64,000 bases of DNA from Mustelus asterias (lineage: Eukaryota). The position numbers and the translations under genes are program-made. Shown here piece by piece: positions 1 through 13,001 of the stretch; position 1 is the stretch's first letter, and each line of letters begins with the position of its first letter. The notes under the pieces are model-generated. The model was not told where the DNA came from, made no database searches, and saw nothing but the letters and a program-made list of their open reading frames with translations. Location of the stretch: NCBI RefSeq assembly GCF_964213995.1, contig NW_027590177.1, forward strand, positions 124,001 to 188,000. Direction: 5' to 3'.

Positions 1-644
1 CCCTTTATAAGAGCTCTTACGAAGTGTCATCCAGACTCGAAAGGTTGGCTCTATTCTCTAATCATTTTAATCGATAAGTTTCTTGTTCTTAGTTCCCGGG
101 TTCCTGGCGCTGTGAGGCAGCAGTGCTAACCACTGTGCCACCGTGCCGCCCCAGTTTAATTCTAACTCATTCTGAGTAAATATTCTCACCAAGTCCTCTG
201 TTGGGGCCCTGCTGAGCAGTTTAATGGTCCGTGATTGCAGAAACTGAGCAGTCACAGGAATGTGGTCACGATAGTCCAGTCCCACAATGCCTCACATTCA
301 ATCTGCAGTCCTTCAATTATAACAGAATATGTGGCTGTATGTAGCTGCCTCGGCCATGGTCAACCCCAACACTGCCTTCCTGAACTGCTGCAATGCCTGA
401 GGTGTAGGTACACCCACAGTGCTGTTAGGGAGGGATTTCCAGCTACACATTCCAAAACTTTCACTAGACTGTAGATGGATACCAGATTGATATATTCCAT
501 TCAACCACACCCAAGGTGAGTTATTCCAATTCCTTTATTGTCCAGGACAATATATTCACAATATCTTTAAAACAGAAATTAAACATTCCCATTTGATTTC
601 AGGTATTAACATATTCTGTTAGTTTGTTCTTTATTGTCAATGTC

Positions 645-950
645 AGGCTGGGGTTGTTCCTCTTGGAGGAAAGGAGGTTGAGGGGAGATTTGATAGAGGT
701 GGACAAGACTCTGACAGGTTTAGATGAGGTGGACAAAGAAAAGCTGTTCCCATTAGCTGATGGCACAAGAATAAGGGGGCATAGAGTTAAGGTTTTGGGT
801 CAGAGATGCGGGGGGGGGGGGGGTATATGAGGAAGAATATTTTGATGCAGCGAATGATAATGACCTGGAACTCGCTGCCTATGAGGGTGGAGGAAGTGGA
901 GACAATAAACAATTACAAAGGAAATTGGATGGACATCTGGGGGAGTTTCA
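645..950 (+). mobile_element. CR1 3' fragment
   Basis: [18 protein letters not shown]. Confidence 0.75.
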
Positions 951-1205
951 AACAGAAATAGTGACTAAATATTTCTTAACTTCCTAACACCCTGTTACTC
1001 TGTGATCCATCTGAAATTTGAAACCAGGTATTCGCAACAAGACTCAAAGAGCATCAGTCCACTGGAGGCAAAGTCATGAGACTGGCCAGTCCAGCAGAAA
1101 GAAACCCCCCGACCATCCCCATTGACCAACTGTGAGAATGAACAAAACGCAGTCCTGGATGTAATTGAGAGCAGAAACAATAACAGCAGAATCCAACCCC
1201 TGTCA

Positions 1206-1880
1206 TCACTCGTGAACTCGCTGGTGTCTCAGCAGGTGGGATGACCGACTGAATCTCTTCTCACACACAGGGCAGGTGAAGGGCCTCTCTCCAGTGTGAA
1301 CTCGTTGGTGTGTCCGCAGGCAGGATGACCGAGTGAATCCCTTCCCACATTGAGAGCAGGTGAATGGACTCTCCCCAGTGTGAACTCGCTGGTGTGACAG
1401 CAGGCTGGATGAATCACAGAATCCCTTCCCACACTGAGAGCAGGTGAACGGTCTCTCTCCAGTGTGAATTCGCTGGTGTATCCGCAGGTGGGTTGACTGA
1501 GTGAATCCCTTCCCACACTGAGGGCAGGTGAATGGCCTCTCCCCAGTATGAATGCGCTCATGTGCCCGCAGATTGGATGACCGAGTGAATCCCTTCCCAC
1601 ACTGAGAGCAGGTGAATGGCCTCTCCCCAGTGTGAACTCGCGGGTGTGTCTGCAGGTTGGATGACTGAGTGAATCCCTTCCCACACTGAGAGCACGTGAA
1701 CGGTCTCTTCCCAGTGTGAACTCGCTGGTGTGTCTGCAGGCTGGATGACTGAGTGAATCCCTTCCCACACTGAGAGCAGGTGAATGGTCTCTCCCCAGTG
1801 TGGTTGCGCCGATGAGCTTCCAGCTCATTTGGGTATCTGTATCCCTTCCCACAGTCCGCACATTTCCATGGTTTCTCCAT
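1206..1880 (-). CDS. C2H2 zinc-finger protein, 8 fingers (gene Z1, MEKPWKC type)
   Basis: ORF 1206-1916 begins at TTG; first ATG is at 1880. Eight CX2C-X12-HX3H fingers with TGERPF linkers. Splice acceptor tttcacag near 2232. Confidence 0.88.
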   Translation of the reverse strand: MEKPWKCADCGKGYRYPNELEAHRRNHTGERPFTCSQCGKGFTQSSSLQTHQRVHTGKRPFTCSQCGKGFTQSSNLQTHPRVHTGERPFTCSQCGKGFTRSSNLRAHERIHTGERPFTCPQCGKGFTQSTHLRIHQRIHTGERPFTCSQCGKGFCDSSSLLSHQRVHTGESPFTCSQCGKGFTRSSCLRTHQRVHTGERPFTCPVCEKRFSRSSHLLRHQRVHE

Positions 1881-2750
1881 GGTGCAGGTGTCCTTGCCTC
1901 TGTCTTGGGTGGACAATCAATTGAAGCCTCATCCACACACAGAACACGGATACAGTCTCTACCCGCTGAGAATGGTGTGATAGTTATTCAGGCTGTTTAA
2001 CTGGTTAAAGCTCTTTAGTCAGTGCACTGGAACACTCTCACTCCAGTGTGGCAGAGTGTTGGTGCTTTTCCAGTCACACTGATGTTTGAAATCTTTTCAA
2101 ATCAACAGACCGGACAATCATTTCTCCTTCTCGATTCAAAGTCCGATGATATTCAGCTCCCAAGGAATATGACTCTGTCAGATCTAGACGTGATGTTTGA
2201 GATTTCGGGCTGTGATTCCTCTTTCAATATCCTGTGAAATGAGTTTACACATATCATCAGTGTCAGAACAGGATAGAAATTCAGAATAGGATTCTATTTA
2301 AAAATGAAAGTGGATGGGCACTTGAAGGAAATAAACTTTCAGGAGAATGGGGATGTAGAGTGGGAATGGGACTGGAATGTTATACAGAGAGTCAGCCTGG
2401 ACTCGAGTTACCAAATTGATTCCTTCTGTGCTGTAATGACTTTATGATTGGAAATGTATAACATTGCTACAGTATTATATTACAATGCAAGAAATAATAA
2501 TAAATGTATTTTATTACAGAAACATAAATTATATATCTAATCTGGGTACCATATAATAACACGAGACATATCTCTGTTCTATATTAATTTACTGTCCCCT
2601 TAAATGTCAGCCATCTCCTGCCCTTTAATTGTGTACATGAGGAAAGAGACCATCCTTTTAGACAGAAAGAAGATTAACGTTTCAGGGTGGGCAGAATGAA
2701 TTACAGGGAATAAAAATGTATCAGATTTTGTTGGTCAATATAAGCTCAGA

Positions 2751-3835
2751 ATGGGGGAGGTGGCTAGATGGGTGGAGAACTGCCTTGGTCACAGAAGACA
2801 GAGGGTGGTAGTGGAAGGGTCTTTTTCCGGCTGGATGCCTGTGACTAGTGGTGTTCCGCAGGGCTCTGTATTGGGACCTCTGCTGTTTGTGATTTATATA
2901 AACGATCTGGAAGAAGGTGTAACTGGGGTGATCAGTAAGTTTGCGGACGACACAAAATTGGCAGGACTTGCAGATAGTGAGGAGCATTGTCAGAAGCTAC
3001 AGAAGGATATAGATAGGCTGGAAATTTGGGCAAAGAAATGGCAGATGGAGTTCAATCCTGATCAATGCGAAGTGATGCATTTTGGTAGAAATAATGTAGG
3101 GAGGAGCTATACGATAAATGGCAGAACCATAAAGGGTGTAGATACGCAGAGGGACCTGGGTGTGCAAGTCCACAGATCCTTGAAGGTGACATCACAGGTG
3201 GAGAAGGTGGTGAAGAAGGCATATGGCATGCTTGCCTTTATAGGACGGGGCATAGAGTATAAAAGTTGGGGTCTGATGTTGCAGATGTATAGAACGTTGG
3301 TTCAGCCGCATTTGGAATACTGCGTCCAGTTCTGGTCGCCACACTACCAGAAGGACGTGGGAGCTTTGGAGAGAGTACATAGGAGGTTTACCAGGATGTT
3401 GCCTGATATGGAGGGGCTTAGTTATGAGGAGAGATTGGGTAAACTGGGGTTGTTTTCCCTGGTAAGACGGAGGATGAGGGGAGACTTAATAGGTATATAA
3501 AATTATGAAAGGCATAGATAGGGTGAACGGTGGGAAGCTTTTCCCCAGGTCGGTGGTGACGTTCACGAGGGATCAGAGGTTCAAGGTGAAGGGGGGGAGG
3601 TTTAACACAGATATCAGAAGGACATATTTTACACAGAGGGTGGTGGGGGCCTGGAATGCGCTGCCGGGCAAGGTGGTGGAGGCGGACACACTGGGAACGT
3701 TTAAGACTTATCTAGATAGCCATATGAACGGAGTGGGAATGGAGGGATACAAAGAATGGTCTAGTTGAGCCAGGGAGCGGCATTGGCTTGGAGGGCCGAA
3801 GGGCCTGATCCTGTGCTGTATTGTTCTTTGTTGTT
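2751..3835 (+). mobile_element. 5'-truncated CR1
   Basis: PQGSVLGP/FADD ORF 2751-3500, frameshifted C-terminus and 3' tail. Confidence 0.9.
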
Positions 3836-4079
3836 AGAAGTGGAAGGGAAATGATCTCCAGTGGAAGAGAAACAATTCCTGAACATTGTAAGACTAAGCT
3901 GGTAAATCAGCAGTGAATAGAGTTGTGAAGTGGTAAAGACCTCATCAAGACATAGCTTGCGGAAATAATAGTTAAAATACACCCATTATTAGAGGCAGAG
4001 GAAGGTAGACAATGGCAGAGAGCTGATCAGGGAGGGCAGAGGTGAAACAGAGAAATGGATGGCCGTTTAAAAATTCATA

Positions 4080-5470
4080 AAAAGCATGGTTAGTAAGTTT
4101 GCAGACGATACTAAATTAGGAGGTATCGCTGATAGTGAAGAAGGTTATCAAAAATTACAGGGGGATCTTGATCAGTTGATCGGTTAGGGAAGTGGGTCGA
4201 TGATTGGCAAATGGATTTTAGTACAAATAATAGAGTACAGAGGCACAACCTCAGGCTAAAGGGACAATCCTTTAAAACAGAGATAAGGAGGAATTTCTTC
4301 AGCCAGAGAGTGGTGAATTTGTGGAACTCTTTGCCGCAGAAGGCTGTGGAGACCAGGTCATTGACTGTCTTTAAGAAAGAGATATGTAGGTTCTTGATTA
4401 ATAAGGAGATCTGGGGTTATGGGAAAAAAGCAGGAGAATGGGGATGAGAAAAATATCAGCCGTGATTGATTGGCGGAGCAGACTCGATGGGCAGAGTGGC
4501 CTAATTCTGCTCCTATGTCTTATGGTCTTAAGTGTGAGTGTTGCATTTTGGAAAGTCAAATCAGGGTAGAACTTATAAAGTGAATGGTAAGGCCCTGGGG
4601 AGTGTTGAGGAACAGAGGAACCCAGGAGTACAAGTATATAGTTTGTTGAAAGTGGCGTCACAGGTAGACAGAGTGGTGAAGAAGGCATTTAGCACACTGG
4701 CCTTCATCAGTCAGGGCACTGAGTATAGGAGTTGGCACAGTAAGAAGTTTAACAACACCAGGTTAAAGTCCAACAGGTCTGCTGTTGGACTTTAACCTGG
4801 TGTTGTTAAACTTCTTACTGTGTTTACCCCAGTCCAACGCCGGCATCTCCACATCATGACTACTATAGGAGTTGGGACATTATGTTATCGTTGTATAAGT
4901 CGTTGGTGAGGCTGCACTTGGAGTATTGTGTAGAGTTTTTGTAACCCTGTTATAGGAAAGACATTGATAAACTGGAAAGAGTGCAAAGAAGATTTATGAG
5001 GATGTTGCCGGGACTAATGGGCCTGAGTGATTGCGTGAGGTTGGACAGGCTCGGGTTTATTCCTTCGAACGTAGGAGAATGTGGGGTGACTATAATGAGG
5101 TGTATTAAATAATGAGGGGCATAGATTGGATGAACCCACATTGTCTTTTTGCCAGGGTAGGAGAATTGAAAACTAGAGGGCATAGGTTTAAGGTGAGAGG
5201 GGAAAGATTAAAAGGGACCTGAGGGGCAACGTCTTCATGCAGAGGGTGGTGTGTACATGGAATGAGCTGCCAGAGAAAGTGGTTGAGGCAGGTTCAAACA
5301 GCAGGTTTAAACATTTAAAAAGCATTTGGATAAGTACATGAATTGGAAAGGATTAGAGGGATATGAGCCAAACATGGGCAATTGGGACTAGCTGGGAGGG
5401 CACCATGGTTGGCATGGATCAGTTGGGCCGAAGGGTCTGTTTCTGTGCTGTATTGCTCTATGACTCTATG
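4080..5470 (+). mobile_element. Degenerate CR1 with a nested CR1 3' end (about 4233-4530) and a Penelope insert
   Basis: FADD-region DNA at 4095, LHFG and C-terminal motifs, tail ctctatgactctatg. Confidence 0.82.
4736..4863. mobile_element. Penelope-type terminal fragment forming an inverted repeat, with a 12-bp TSD
   Basis: Palindrome centred near 4780; tataggagttgg at 4724-4735 and 4864-4875. Confidence 0.75.
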
Positions 5471-6251
5471 TGCTGGCTGCGTCAGCATCTATTGCCCTTG
5501 AACTGAGTGGCTTGCATTGCTGGGGGATGTAGTAATTTCCTTCTTTAAAGGACATTATTAAATTGGATGAATTTTTACAACAATTGTCATCAATGGACTT
5601 CTAATTCTAGATTTGTACTGAATTCAAATTTCAACATCTGGCCATTGTGGGATTCGAACCCAGGGTTCACAGTGTATTGCCCTGGATCCCTGTATTACTA
5701 GTCCAATGACACTAACACTGCACCATTGGCAAAGGAGCCACAATAGCCCGAGATCCATGGAATCAGAGCATGCTCTAAATTTAAATTAATGCTCACCAAC
5801 ACTCACCCCAAAACAATTTCACTGTTTTCAACATTTTAAATCTGCTGGAGTCTACATCTGCAAAGATCTCAGAGAGTTTGGTGTCCGGGAAAAATGTTGC
5901 AATCTTCAAATCTTCGCCGTGTAAATGAGGAAAGTTATAGGTGTAATTCAAGGTTTGTAATTCAGGACAGACAAACATTTCTTTTGGTCTGAGTTTGCTG
6001 TGAGTAAATCCTCCCCTTCTAACCCCCTGTAAAAGGAGTTTCCAAAATCCATCAGCATTTGTCCAGAACAGAAATTCAAAACATTCTCTCCTATTGCTTG
6101 CACAGAATTACTTTAGTGGGACAAAATTGCAGTGGAGGCAGTTCAGAGAAGATCCAGTTGGTTGATTCCTTTCAGGTTGAGCAGTTTGGGCCTGTACTCT
6201 TTGGAGTTTAGAAGACTGAGAAATAATCTTATTGAAACATCTGGGAATTTA

Positions 6252-6570
6252 AGGGTGGCATCGTGGTTAGCACTGCTGCCTCACAGCACCAGGGTCCCAG
6301 GTTCAATTCCGGCCTTGGGTCACTGTCTTTGTGGAGTTTGCACATTTTCCCCATGTCTGTGTGAGTTTCCTCCGGGTGCTCCGGTTTCCTCCCACAGTCC
6401 AAAGATGTACGGGTGTGGTGGACCGGCCATGCTAAATTGACCCTCGTGTCAGGGGGATTAGCAGTGTAAAAGCAGGGGGTTGTGGGGATGGGGCCTGGGT
6501 GGGATTGTGGTCGATACAGACTTGATGGGCTGAATGGCCTCCTTCTGCACTGTAGGGATTCTATGATTCA
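6252..6570 (+). mobile_element. HE1-type V-SINE with a CR1-type tail
   Basis: tRNA-like head (tggttagcactgctgcctcacagc..ggttcaattcc), V-domain body and tail ccttctgcactgtagggattctatga. Confidence 0.88.
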
Positions 6571-6807
6571 TATGATATAAGGTGCTTGACAACGTAGATG
6601 CTGAGAGGATGCTTCCTTTGGTGTGGGAATCAAGGAAAAATAAAGGATTTAAGGTTAAGATGGAGAGATCTTTTTTCTCAGTGGCCTGTTGATCTTTGGA
6701 ACTCTGTTTTCACCAGAGAGGATTGGAGGCAGGTCATTGAATATATTCAAAGCTGAGGTTCTGAACCACAAGAAACTCATGGGTATGGATGGGGTGGGGG
6801 TAGCAAA

Positions 6808-8095
6808 GTCATAGAGATTTACAGCATGGAAAATGGCCCTTTGGCCCAACTTGTCCATGCCGCCTTTTTTCAAAACCCCTAAACTGGTCCCAATTGCCCA
6901 CATTTGGCCCATATCCCTCTCTACCCATCATACGCAAGTAACTATCTAAATGCTTTTTAAAAGACAAAATTGTACCTGCTTCTACTACTACCTCTGGCAG
7001 CTTATTTCAGACACTCACCACGCTATCGAATTACAATGGGATCTTGATCAATTGGACGAGTGGGCTGACGAATGGCAGATGGAGTTTAATTTAGACTAAT
7101 GCGAGGTGATGCATTTTGGTAGATTGAACCAGGGCAGGACTTACTCAATTAATGATAGGGAGTTGGGGAGAGTTACAGAACAAAGAGATCTAGGGGTACA
7201 TGTTCATAGCTCCTTGAAAGTGGAGTCACAGGTGGACAGACTGGTGAAGGCGGCATTCAGCATGCTTGGTTTCATCGGTCAGAACATTGAATACAGGTGT
7301 TGGGACGTCTTGTTGAAGTTGTACAAGACATTGGTAAGGCCACACTTAGAATACTGTGTGCAATTCTGGTCACCCTATTATAGAAAGGATATTATCAAAC
7401 TAGAAAGAGTGCAGAAAAGATTTACGAGGATGCTACCGGGACTTGATGGATTGAATTATAAGGAGAGGCTGGATAGACTGGGACTTTTCTCTGGAGCATA
7501 GGAAGCTGAGGGGTGATCTTTTAGAGGTCTATAAAATAATGAGGGACATAGATCAGCTGGTCAATATCTTTTCCCAAAAGTAGGGGAGTCTAAAACTAGA
7601 GGGCATCGGTTTAAGTTGAGAGGGGAGAGATACAAGTGTCCAGAGGGACAATTTTTTCACACAGAGGGTGATGAGTGTCTGGAACAAGCTGCCAGAGGTA
7701 GTAGTAGAGGTGTGTACAATTTTGTCTTTTAAAAAGCATTTAGACAGTTACTTGGGTACGATGGGTATAGAGGGATATGGGACAAATGCGGGCAATTGGG
7801 ATTTTAATATAAAGACAGCATGGACAAGGAGGGCCGAAGGGCCTGTTTCCATGCTGTAGACTTCTCTGACTCTATGACTCTCTGTGTGAACAAATTGCTC
7901 CTCTGGGCACTTTCGTATCGCTCCCCTCTCACCTTAAACCCTTGCCCTTTAGTTTTAGACTGCCCTACCTTTGGGAAAAGATATTGACCGTCTAGCTGAT
8001 CTGTGCCCCTCAGTATTTTATAGACCTCTATAAGATCACCCCTCAGCCTCCTATGCTCCAGAGAAAAAAGTCCCAGTCTATCCAGCCCCTCCAAA
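6808..8095. mobile_element. Adjacent CR1 fragments: 6808-7022 (-), 7025-7878 (+), 7880-8095 (-)
   Basis: [13 protein letters not shown] in ORF 7106-7501; 3'-end sequence present in both orientations. Confidence 0.82.
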
Positions 8096-8194
8096 GTAGA
8101 CATGATCTTATTGAATGATGCAGCAGGCTCGATGGGCCGAATGACTGGCTCCTGTTCCGAATTCTTATGTTCTTATTCCGATGTTCTTGGATAG

Positions 8195-8645
8195 CTGCGC
8201 ATGCGCCCTGCTACCTATTGTCCCTCTGAAGATAGTGGTTCTGAACCAGCCCCTGAAACCACGCCCATTGTGACCTGCCACCGACAGCAGCGCATGCGCT
8301 CTCCTTCCCCGCTGAAACAAGATGGCGACCGAAAACCGGGGCCTGTTCCCGGGAAAAAACCCCGGGAGCTGCAAACCCGGAACCGGCATGGTCTTATTTG
8401 GGCCTTGCAATCTGGAGCGGGCATTTGTGAAGCCTCCGCTCCCTCCCCACCCCGACTCCATTCCTCCCTCCGCCACACTGACTCTCACCCGCTGGAAAAA
8501 GCGTCCCCCGCACTCGCAGGGCTGAGAGCAAAGTGGCACTGCGCACACTCCAGATTCAGCACTGCGCCTGCGCAATAGGCTCCTGTGGAATGAAGAGGAC
8601 ACTTTCCCACCCGCAGGCGTGCTTGGGAATTAACGGCGCCATTGT
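8195..8645 (-). promoter_or_regulatory. CpG-rich promoter/first-exon module P1 (probably for Z1)
   Basis: CpG-rich; GCGCATGCGC (NRF1-type) near 8197 and 8290; YY1-type AAGATGGCG near 8320; minus-strand donor gtgagagt starting at 8488. Confidence 0.75.
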
Positions 8646-9529
8646 CAAAGACATAATAGAAAACTATCTGGTGCAATTGAGATGAATTAATTTTTTTAAT
8701 ACATTCCTCTGAATTTGTGATTAATTGGCCTGTGTACTAAGCAGATATTAATGTTCCACTTAAAATTAAAAGAGAAGGTGCAGGAAAAACGCAGCAGGAT
8801 TGAGAGAGAACCCACAGAGGCAAGTTATGAATAGAGTTCAGACTGAAACAACAATAAAAAAACCCACACGGGGGACCATGAACTGAGTTCTGCATCCAAC
8901 AGACAGCCTGATTTATGCCAGCTCCTAACTGTGTTTCTAAACTCGAACCTATAAAACAGTAACACAGAAACAAAACTCTGTAGAGATTGTTTCTGGGACA
9001 AAGAAAACAAATACTGGAGATAGTCATCAGGCCAGACAGCCTGTGAGAGTCACAAACAGAATTGAGGGTTCAGGTTGCTGACCTGCCCTCAGTCTGCAAT
9101 TAAACATTTAGAGTTAGTCACTGACTAATGGCGGTCACAATTCCCACAATGCCCAGCGCCTCAGAAACCCCTCCATTCAAAAGTTGTTCGCCGGAATTCA
9201 CTAATCATAGAATCCTTACAGTGCAGAAAGAGGCCATTCGATCCATCGAGTCTGTACTGCAACGGCAACAATATATTCTGCACCCTACTCTTTTCCTTTC
9301 CCCCTATGTACTCTATCAATTTACTTTTTTTCTGTATAGCACGCAGGAAATAATACTTTTCACTGTATCCCAGAACATGCGACAATAATAAATCAAATTT
9401 GACACTACATATCTTGGACACCAAGGGACAACTTTACCTAACCTGCACATCTTTGGGCTATCAGAGAAAAAACGGAGCACCCAGAGGAAATGCACACAGA
9501 CAGAGGAAGATTGTGCAAACTCCACACAT

Positions 9530-9960
9530 GAGGTGGAGATGCCAACGCTGAACTGGGGTAAGCACAATAAGAAGCCTCACAACACAAGGTTAAAGACCAA
9601 CAGGTTTATTTGGAACCACAAGCTTTCAGAGCGCTGATGAAGGAGCAGTGCTCTGAAAGCTCGTGATTCCAAATAACCAAAAGAGAAAATGCTGGAAAAT
9701 CTCAGCATGTTTGGCAACATCTGTCAGGACAGAAAAGAGCTGACATTTCGAGACCAGATGACTCTTTGTCAAAGCTTTGACAACGGGTCATGTGGATTCG
9801 AAGCATCAGCTCTTTTCTCTCCTGACAGATCCTGCCATATCTGCTGAGATTTTCCAGCAATTTCTCTTTTGGTCTCAAATTCCAGCATCCGCAGTAATTT
9901 GCTTTGATTCCAAATAAACTTATTGGACTTTAACCTGGTGTTCTGAGGCTTCTTACTGTG
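9530..9960. mobile_element. Two nested Penelope-type inverted termini inside an HE1 SINE
   Basis: Outer family at 9530-9676 and 9905-9960; inner family at 9677-9904 with 13-bp TSD tgattccaaataa; hammerhead cores in both. Confidence 0.75.
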
Positions 9961-11594
9961 CAAACTCCACAGAGACAGTCACCCACCGCTGGAATCGAAC
10001 CCAGACTCAATGAGGCAGCAGTGCGAACCACTGTGCCACAGTGAAGGTAGTTTGCCGCAAATTTCGGGTGATAACAATGGGCTGGATGTTGCTCAGAATG
10101 TGGAGCACTGCAGCAAAGTACAGAGAGACAGAGACAGAGCAGCAGACTGGACTGAGAAATGGAGTCTGCAGACTGGAACTGGCAGCATGAGGAGAGGTTA
10201 TTTAGTCTAACACTCACAGCAATCTACAACCCACCCCTATTACCGAGACAGTGAGACAGAGATTATAAACACTCACCAACACAGCTCCAGTGAAACGTCC
10301 CAGGAAAAAGGGGGAATCTGTGGCAGTTCCTGTCCTGATATAGCCCCAGGACTGTCACTCAAACCCCCAACCCGGCCCAGTTCACAGCTCAGCCTCTCAG
10401 CTTGCAGCTTCCTGCACCTTGAGCCAACCCTAACCAGGTGTGGGAGGGATGTGGAACCCCAGAGTGGGGGGAGGGGTGACCTCCTGCTGTGCCCCAAATA
10501 GTTTCTCCTTCCCCTCCCCCTTGGCGCTCTAAGGTCTCAATGTGGATGTGTTGATGGGCATTGCAGAGCCTCACTGAGCTGCGCCTGTACCTTATCCTGG
10601 GTCACCCCCTCCCCCTGGGTTCAGTGTGTTCAGTTCGCTGCTTCTTTTCCTGCTGAACTTTCAGTTAATCAAAAACAGAAAGTGCTGGAAAACCTCAGCA
10701 GGCCTGACAGCATCTGTGATCATCCAGACTGGAAGCATTGACTCTATTCTCTCCACAGACGCTGAGATTTCCAGCATTTTCTGTTCCTGTTTCAGATTCC
10801 AGCATCCGCAGTATTTTGCTTTTATCTTAAACAAGCATTCTTTGATGGCCTTTACCCTCCGTGCTCCTTTCCAGAGCTTCCCACCTTCTGCTATTGTCCC
10901 TGACTCCCACATTAACTCTGTCATTCCTCCCCTTTACCCCGCTCACCCTGTCTGAAGTCAGGCTCAGAGTTTTAGCGCCATCTCCCCCTCCCCCAGCCTC
11001 CACATCCCAACACCCGGAATCTCTAACCCAGCGGTTCCAGTTTATCTGGTTTGAGTTCAGATTTGCCGCAGCACCGACAGGATTTCACTTCAAACCAGCC
11101 GGAACTGACTGCTCACAAATCCCTAAATGTTTCTCCAGCAGCCCGGGCTTGTTAATGTTGTTTAAAGTCAGCGCCCAAATGGAGCAACTCTCCTCAGTTT
11201 AAAAAACTTCTCCGTTTAATCTAAGGTATTATTCACACCAGACACAAATATAAAATTGTGACCGTTACCCCCCCCTCCCCCACCCGGCCACCCAGACCCG
11301 AGCTGGGGTGTCCTGAGTAAGAGACATCTGTTCCAGGTGTGACAATTCTTACACATTGTCTGGTTGACATCAAACGGAAAACGCTGGAAATATTCATGAA
11401 TGAAAGCAAATTGCTGCTTTTGTCAAAAGGGTCACCTGGACTCGAAACCTCAGCTCTTTCTGTCTCCTGCCAGACCTGCTGAGATTTTCCAGCGTTTTCT
11501 CTTTTGGCTGGAAATACTCAACAAGTCAGGCAGCCTCTGTGGAGAGAGAAACAGACTGAATGTGACCTGTCATCGGAACTGGGAAATATAATAT

Positions 11595-12040
11595 TATTTC
11601 TCGCAACTAAAAGAGACACTTTACAGCCTTCAGAACAAAACTGAGCTCAACAATTTTACACCACAATCTCTGCCCCCATTGTGTTCTGTGTTTCGTTGCT
11701 GCTTTTTTCACCTCATTTCCCTCTTGTTTACTTTACATTCAGACTTTTGCTAACCGGCTATTCACACCTCATCCAGAACATCTTTTGTGGTCTTTACTTG
11801 TCCCATTACCACTCGCTTTGGTCTTGGGCCGTGAAACATTTTGTCAGTTTGCAGATCTTTCATTTTGTCTCCTCCACCTCCCTCTCTCAATTCTTCAGAG
11901 GTCAGTCTTTGACAAAGGGTCACCTGGACTCGAAACGTCAGCACTTTTCTCTCCTGACAGATGCTGCCAGACCTGCTGAGATTTTCCAGCATTTTCTCTT
12001 TTGGTTTCAGATTCCACCATTCACTGTAATTTGCTTTTAT
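11595..12040 (+). mobile_element. Penelope-type 3' end/pseudo-LTR with a hammerhead motif
   Basis: Degenerate ORF end (ttacagcct..ctcaacaatttt), pyrimidine-rich repeat and hammerhead at 11907-11941. Related pieces at 10670-10825 and 11375-11560. Confidence 0.65.
11907..11941 (+). ncRNA. Minimal hammerhead motif with a U3-A8 core
   Basis: ct TTGACAA a gggtc-acctg-gactc GAAA cgtc ag; GUC triplet at 11937-11939. Confidence 0.58.
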
Positions 12041-12454
12041 CCTGATTTTCCCTGTGTGGCTCTGGAGAGCGCTTGAGACGTTATGAACAGAGAAAACGAG
12101 ATTTTTCTCTCTCTCTCAGAGGGTCTTTGGTCTGTGGAATTCTGTTCCTCAGAGAGCAGTGGAGGCAGAGTCAATGAATATTTTTAAGGCTGAATAAATG
12201 GATTCTTGATTGACAAGAGAGTCAGAGGATTTGGGGGGTGGGGGTGGGGGGGAGAGACAGAAAAGTGGAGTTCTGGCCACAATCAGATCAGTCGGGATCT
12301 TGTCAAATGCTGGAGCAGAGGGGCCCAATGGTCCACTGCTGCTCCTCATTCATATGGATGTTTAGCTGTATGTTTCACTCTGTTTTTACCTCCATAGAAG
12401 CTGCTGAGCCTGTTGACTATTTGTGGCATTGACTGTTTTATTTCAGATTTTAAG

Positions 12455-12618
12455 ACTCTGTAACATATCACTGTGTAATCCAACAATTAATCCAGTTCTC
12501 CTGGATTTCTACTCTGTAACATATCACTGTGTAATCCAACAATTAATCCAGTTCTCCTGGATTTCTACTCTGTAACATATCACTGTGTAATCCAACAATT
12601 AATCCAGTTCCCTGGATT
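12455..12618. repeat. 56-bp tandem repeat, about 2.9 copies
   Basis: actctgtaacatatcactg.. starts at 12455, 12511 and 12567. Confidence 0.93.
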
Positions 12619-12625
12619 ACTGCAT

Positions 12626-12952
12626 TGTGGCATAGTGGTTAGCACCGCTGCCTCACAGCACCAGGGACCTGGGTTCGATTCAAGTTTTGGGTCACTGTTG
12701 AGTTTATTTGTTGAGTTTGCACATTCTCCCCGTGTCTGCGTGGGTTCCCTCTGGATGCTCCAGTTTCCTCCCACGGTCCAAAGATGGGTGGATTATGTGG
12801 ATTGGCTATGCTAAATTGCCCCTTAGTGTCAGGGGGAACTAGCTCGGGTAAATGCATGGCGTTAAGGGGATAGGGCCTGGATAGGATTGTGGTCGGTGCA
12901 AACTCAATGGGCTGAATGGCCTCCTTCTGCACTGTTGGATTCTATGATTCTA
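12626..12952 (+). mobile_element. HE1-type V-SINE
   Basis: Same head, body and tail as 6252-6570. Confidence 0.88.
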
Positions 12953-13001
12953 GTTAGAAGTCTCACAACACCAGGTTAAAATCCATCAGGTTTATTTGGT
13001 A

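Noticed and set aside
1229-1936. Long alternative-frame ORFs over the finger arrays ([21 protein letters not shown] and [11 protein letters not shown] repeats)
   Set aside because: Expected by-product of repetitive C2H2 codons; no independent evidence of translation.
6252-6330. tRNA-like A and B boxes
   Set aside because: These are SINE heads continuing into V-SINE bodies, not tRNA genes.
8165-8602. Overlapping 60-145 aa ORFs in CpG-rich patches (also near 20.1, 33.5 and 46 kb)
   Set aside because: GC-rich promoter DNA is stop-poor; no domain similarity is recognisable.
12455-12618. Regularly spaced repeats that could suggest a CRISPR array
   Set aside because: Head-to-tail identical units without unique spacers in vertebrate DNA; this is a minisatellite.
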